Part shown: positions 61,995-64,000 of the stretch, piece after piece
How the letters are laid out: the number at the start of each line of letters is the position of its first letter
Position numbering within the stretch: position 1 is the first letter of the stretch
NCBI RefSeq assembly: GCF_001194135.2
Contig: NC_068998.1
Coordinates: forward strand, 33,573,102 to 33,637,101
Length of the DNA stretch: 64,000 nt
Direction: 5' to 3'
DNA from: Octopus bimaculoides
Taxonomy: Eukaryota
The notes under the pieces: generated by a model
What the model was told of the DNA's origin: nothing
What the model saw: the letters and a program-made list of their open reading frames with translations, nothing else
The model's database searches: none
Translations under genes and position numbers: made by a program

Positions 61995-64000
61995 TGTACA
62001 ACAGAGTTAATATTGTATTAAACACATAGTCAAAAAGCCATATATATATAGGGTTTGCTATGCGTAAGGATCTTCAGTCTAAAGTCAAACTTGAATATAT
62101 ATATGTTCTTTGAAGCATCATATGCTGTAGTATGACAAAGTCATAGAGTTCTTTTCAACATACCTGAATGATATAATTTGGTTGAAGTCAGTCTTTTACC
62201 ACTTCTATGTATTGTTACATTCTATACATTTTCATTTAACACAACAAAGACCTGCAATAAGCTGAAATAGATCTGATTAACTATCTCTTCCTACTTCATT
62301 GGAACCTTTCTTCTTCTACAAATCAGGCCTGTGGTCCACAACGAATTTTCTCACTGAAATTTTCAGTTGTCTTCTGTGTTATAAGTCTCCATTTACTCCT
62401 CCTCTTCCTTTTCTATATAGACATCACTTTTTCAGACTAATTCATTAATATGTAAGAAGCAATATAAATAATATCTTAGCTTCAATAAATCCAGATTGTG
62501 TTCTCAGCAAATTAAAAATGAAAATGGCCCACTGCTAGTTTACCAAAATTGCATACTGAAGTATTCAGTCCTTTGTGTTTTAAAATGAAGTGAAAACTTC
62601 ATATACTTTTGTCTTTTATTCTAATTCCATTCACAATGAAGATGCTTTATAGGAATATTAAGCTAAAACTTAAATAACTCTTTATTCTAAGAGTCTTGCA
62701 AGAACAAAAGACAAAGTTCGTATCTGTGGTGTTTGAACTCTGAATGGAAAGGGTCATAACTAAATACTGCAAACATTTTGTCGGATGATTCTATCACATC
62801 AAGTATTTAGCAATGATTGATGAATTTCACTAGTAGTTTTGAACTTGTATGCAATGTAGTCTTATATTTATAAGAGAAACTAATCTTATGAAATTACATG
62901 TATTTAAGATGATATCATGACTATACATTTGGTTTAATAGTTCAGGGTTCATGAAAACTACATTATTTTTCAATTTTTTTTGTGTGTGTGCACGCGCGCA
63001 CACGTGCATGAATGAGTGCACACATACCATGCACCGTATAGGTTTCTCAACTGTGAGAATGAAAAGCAGGGCACTACTAATACAGCTTAAGCAACTTCTT
63101 AATTCTATACATTTTCTTTTAACTGCCTATAAAAATGTTTGTTATATTTTTCTTTTTATTCCTTTACATTTAATCTAAGACTTCCAAGAGGTTATTCTAT
63201 ATTCAAATATTTTTCGGTTATATATCTATAATCTAAATAAAAATGAAATATTGAATAATGATATATAAATATTGATATACACATTTGAAATAGCAATGAA
63301 TGTTTGATTATAAATTCAATTCATAACACTGTCTTTTCTTGTTGTTGTTTTCACTTCTATTTAGCTTTAAATGAGCAATGACTACATAGAATCTAATTCA
63401 GTGTCAATGTATTTATTATTGGCAACTCATTCCAGACTTCAACAAGATTTAATTTTAATTTTATAGCTGCTTACGAAGACTCTTTTTATTTAGGTTTTGA
63501 TCTGGCAATCAGAACACAAACTGTTTTGTATATGTTCAGCTTTGATACTTGTATCTAATTCATACTACCAGGATTTTGATTCTTCCCCAAAAAATAAGAG
63601 CACATCAAAAGTGACTAACCTAAACTGTCAATGATTTAGAATGGTTTAAAAGAATAAAAATTATTTGAATGAATGTGATAAAACTTCACACCACTGACCT
63701 GGTTTATTACAAATTCTACATATGCTAAATTGTTGATCACATTCTACTCAAAGCTATCTGTATTATTATCTGAATTCAATGTTTTAAATACTTAATAATA
63801 AGGACCTTAAATCCTATGTTGAACTAACTCTGCTATGCCTACTCAAAGTTTAGTCATAGACATGCATTCACTTACTTAGCTGTGAAGCACATAAAAGTAG
63901 TCTGCAACATCTTATTTCTTTTCTATTATGACTTAATATTCAATAAAAATAAAGAAAAAAAAACTTGAAATAGAGAGTAGATGCCAAAGCAAGAAATCTG

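Overview
Eukaryotic, strongly AT-rich, microsatellite-dense, non-genic DNA with ten N-gaps, mostly at (TA)n/(CA)n runs. The SINE and LINE families look like those of an octopus genome (inference from recalled repeat families, not verified). I cannot support any host protein-coding gene, tRNA, rRNA or CRISPR array, and most long ORFs in the track are microsatellite or N-gap artefacts. Supported elements: a 5'-truncated R4/Dong-type RLE LINE stacked with two more (AAT)n-bounded units (5.1-8.2 kb); several RTE LINE remnants, one with a PHD finger inside the RT region; a near-complete Tc1-like transposon with inferred DD36E spacing (34387-35598); an internally deleted DD37D maT element (31510-32400); a Penelope GIY-YIG remnant (57499-58068); and at least two tRNA-derived SINE families. 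The most unusual signal is a set of foldback elements carrying hammerhead-ribozyme core motifs. The clearest are 49535-50860 and 24476-24816, where the inverted arm holds only the GAAA/cleavage half. Related cases are a head-to-head tRNA-SINE palindrome with a hammerhead-like tail (51115-51456) and a candidate non-circularly permuted hammerhead relic (45921-45990). All folding and alignments were done by eye.
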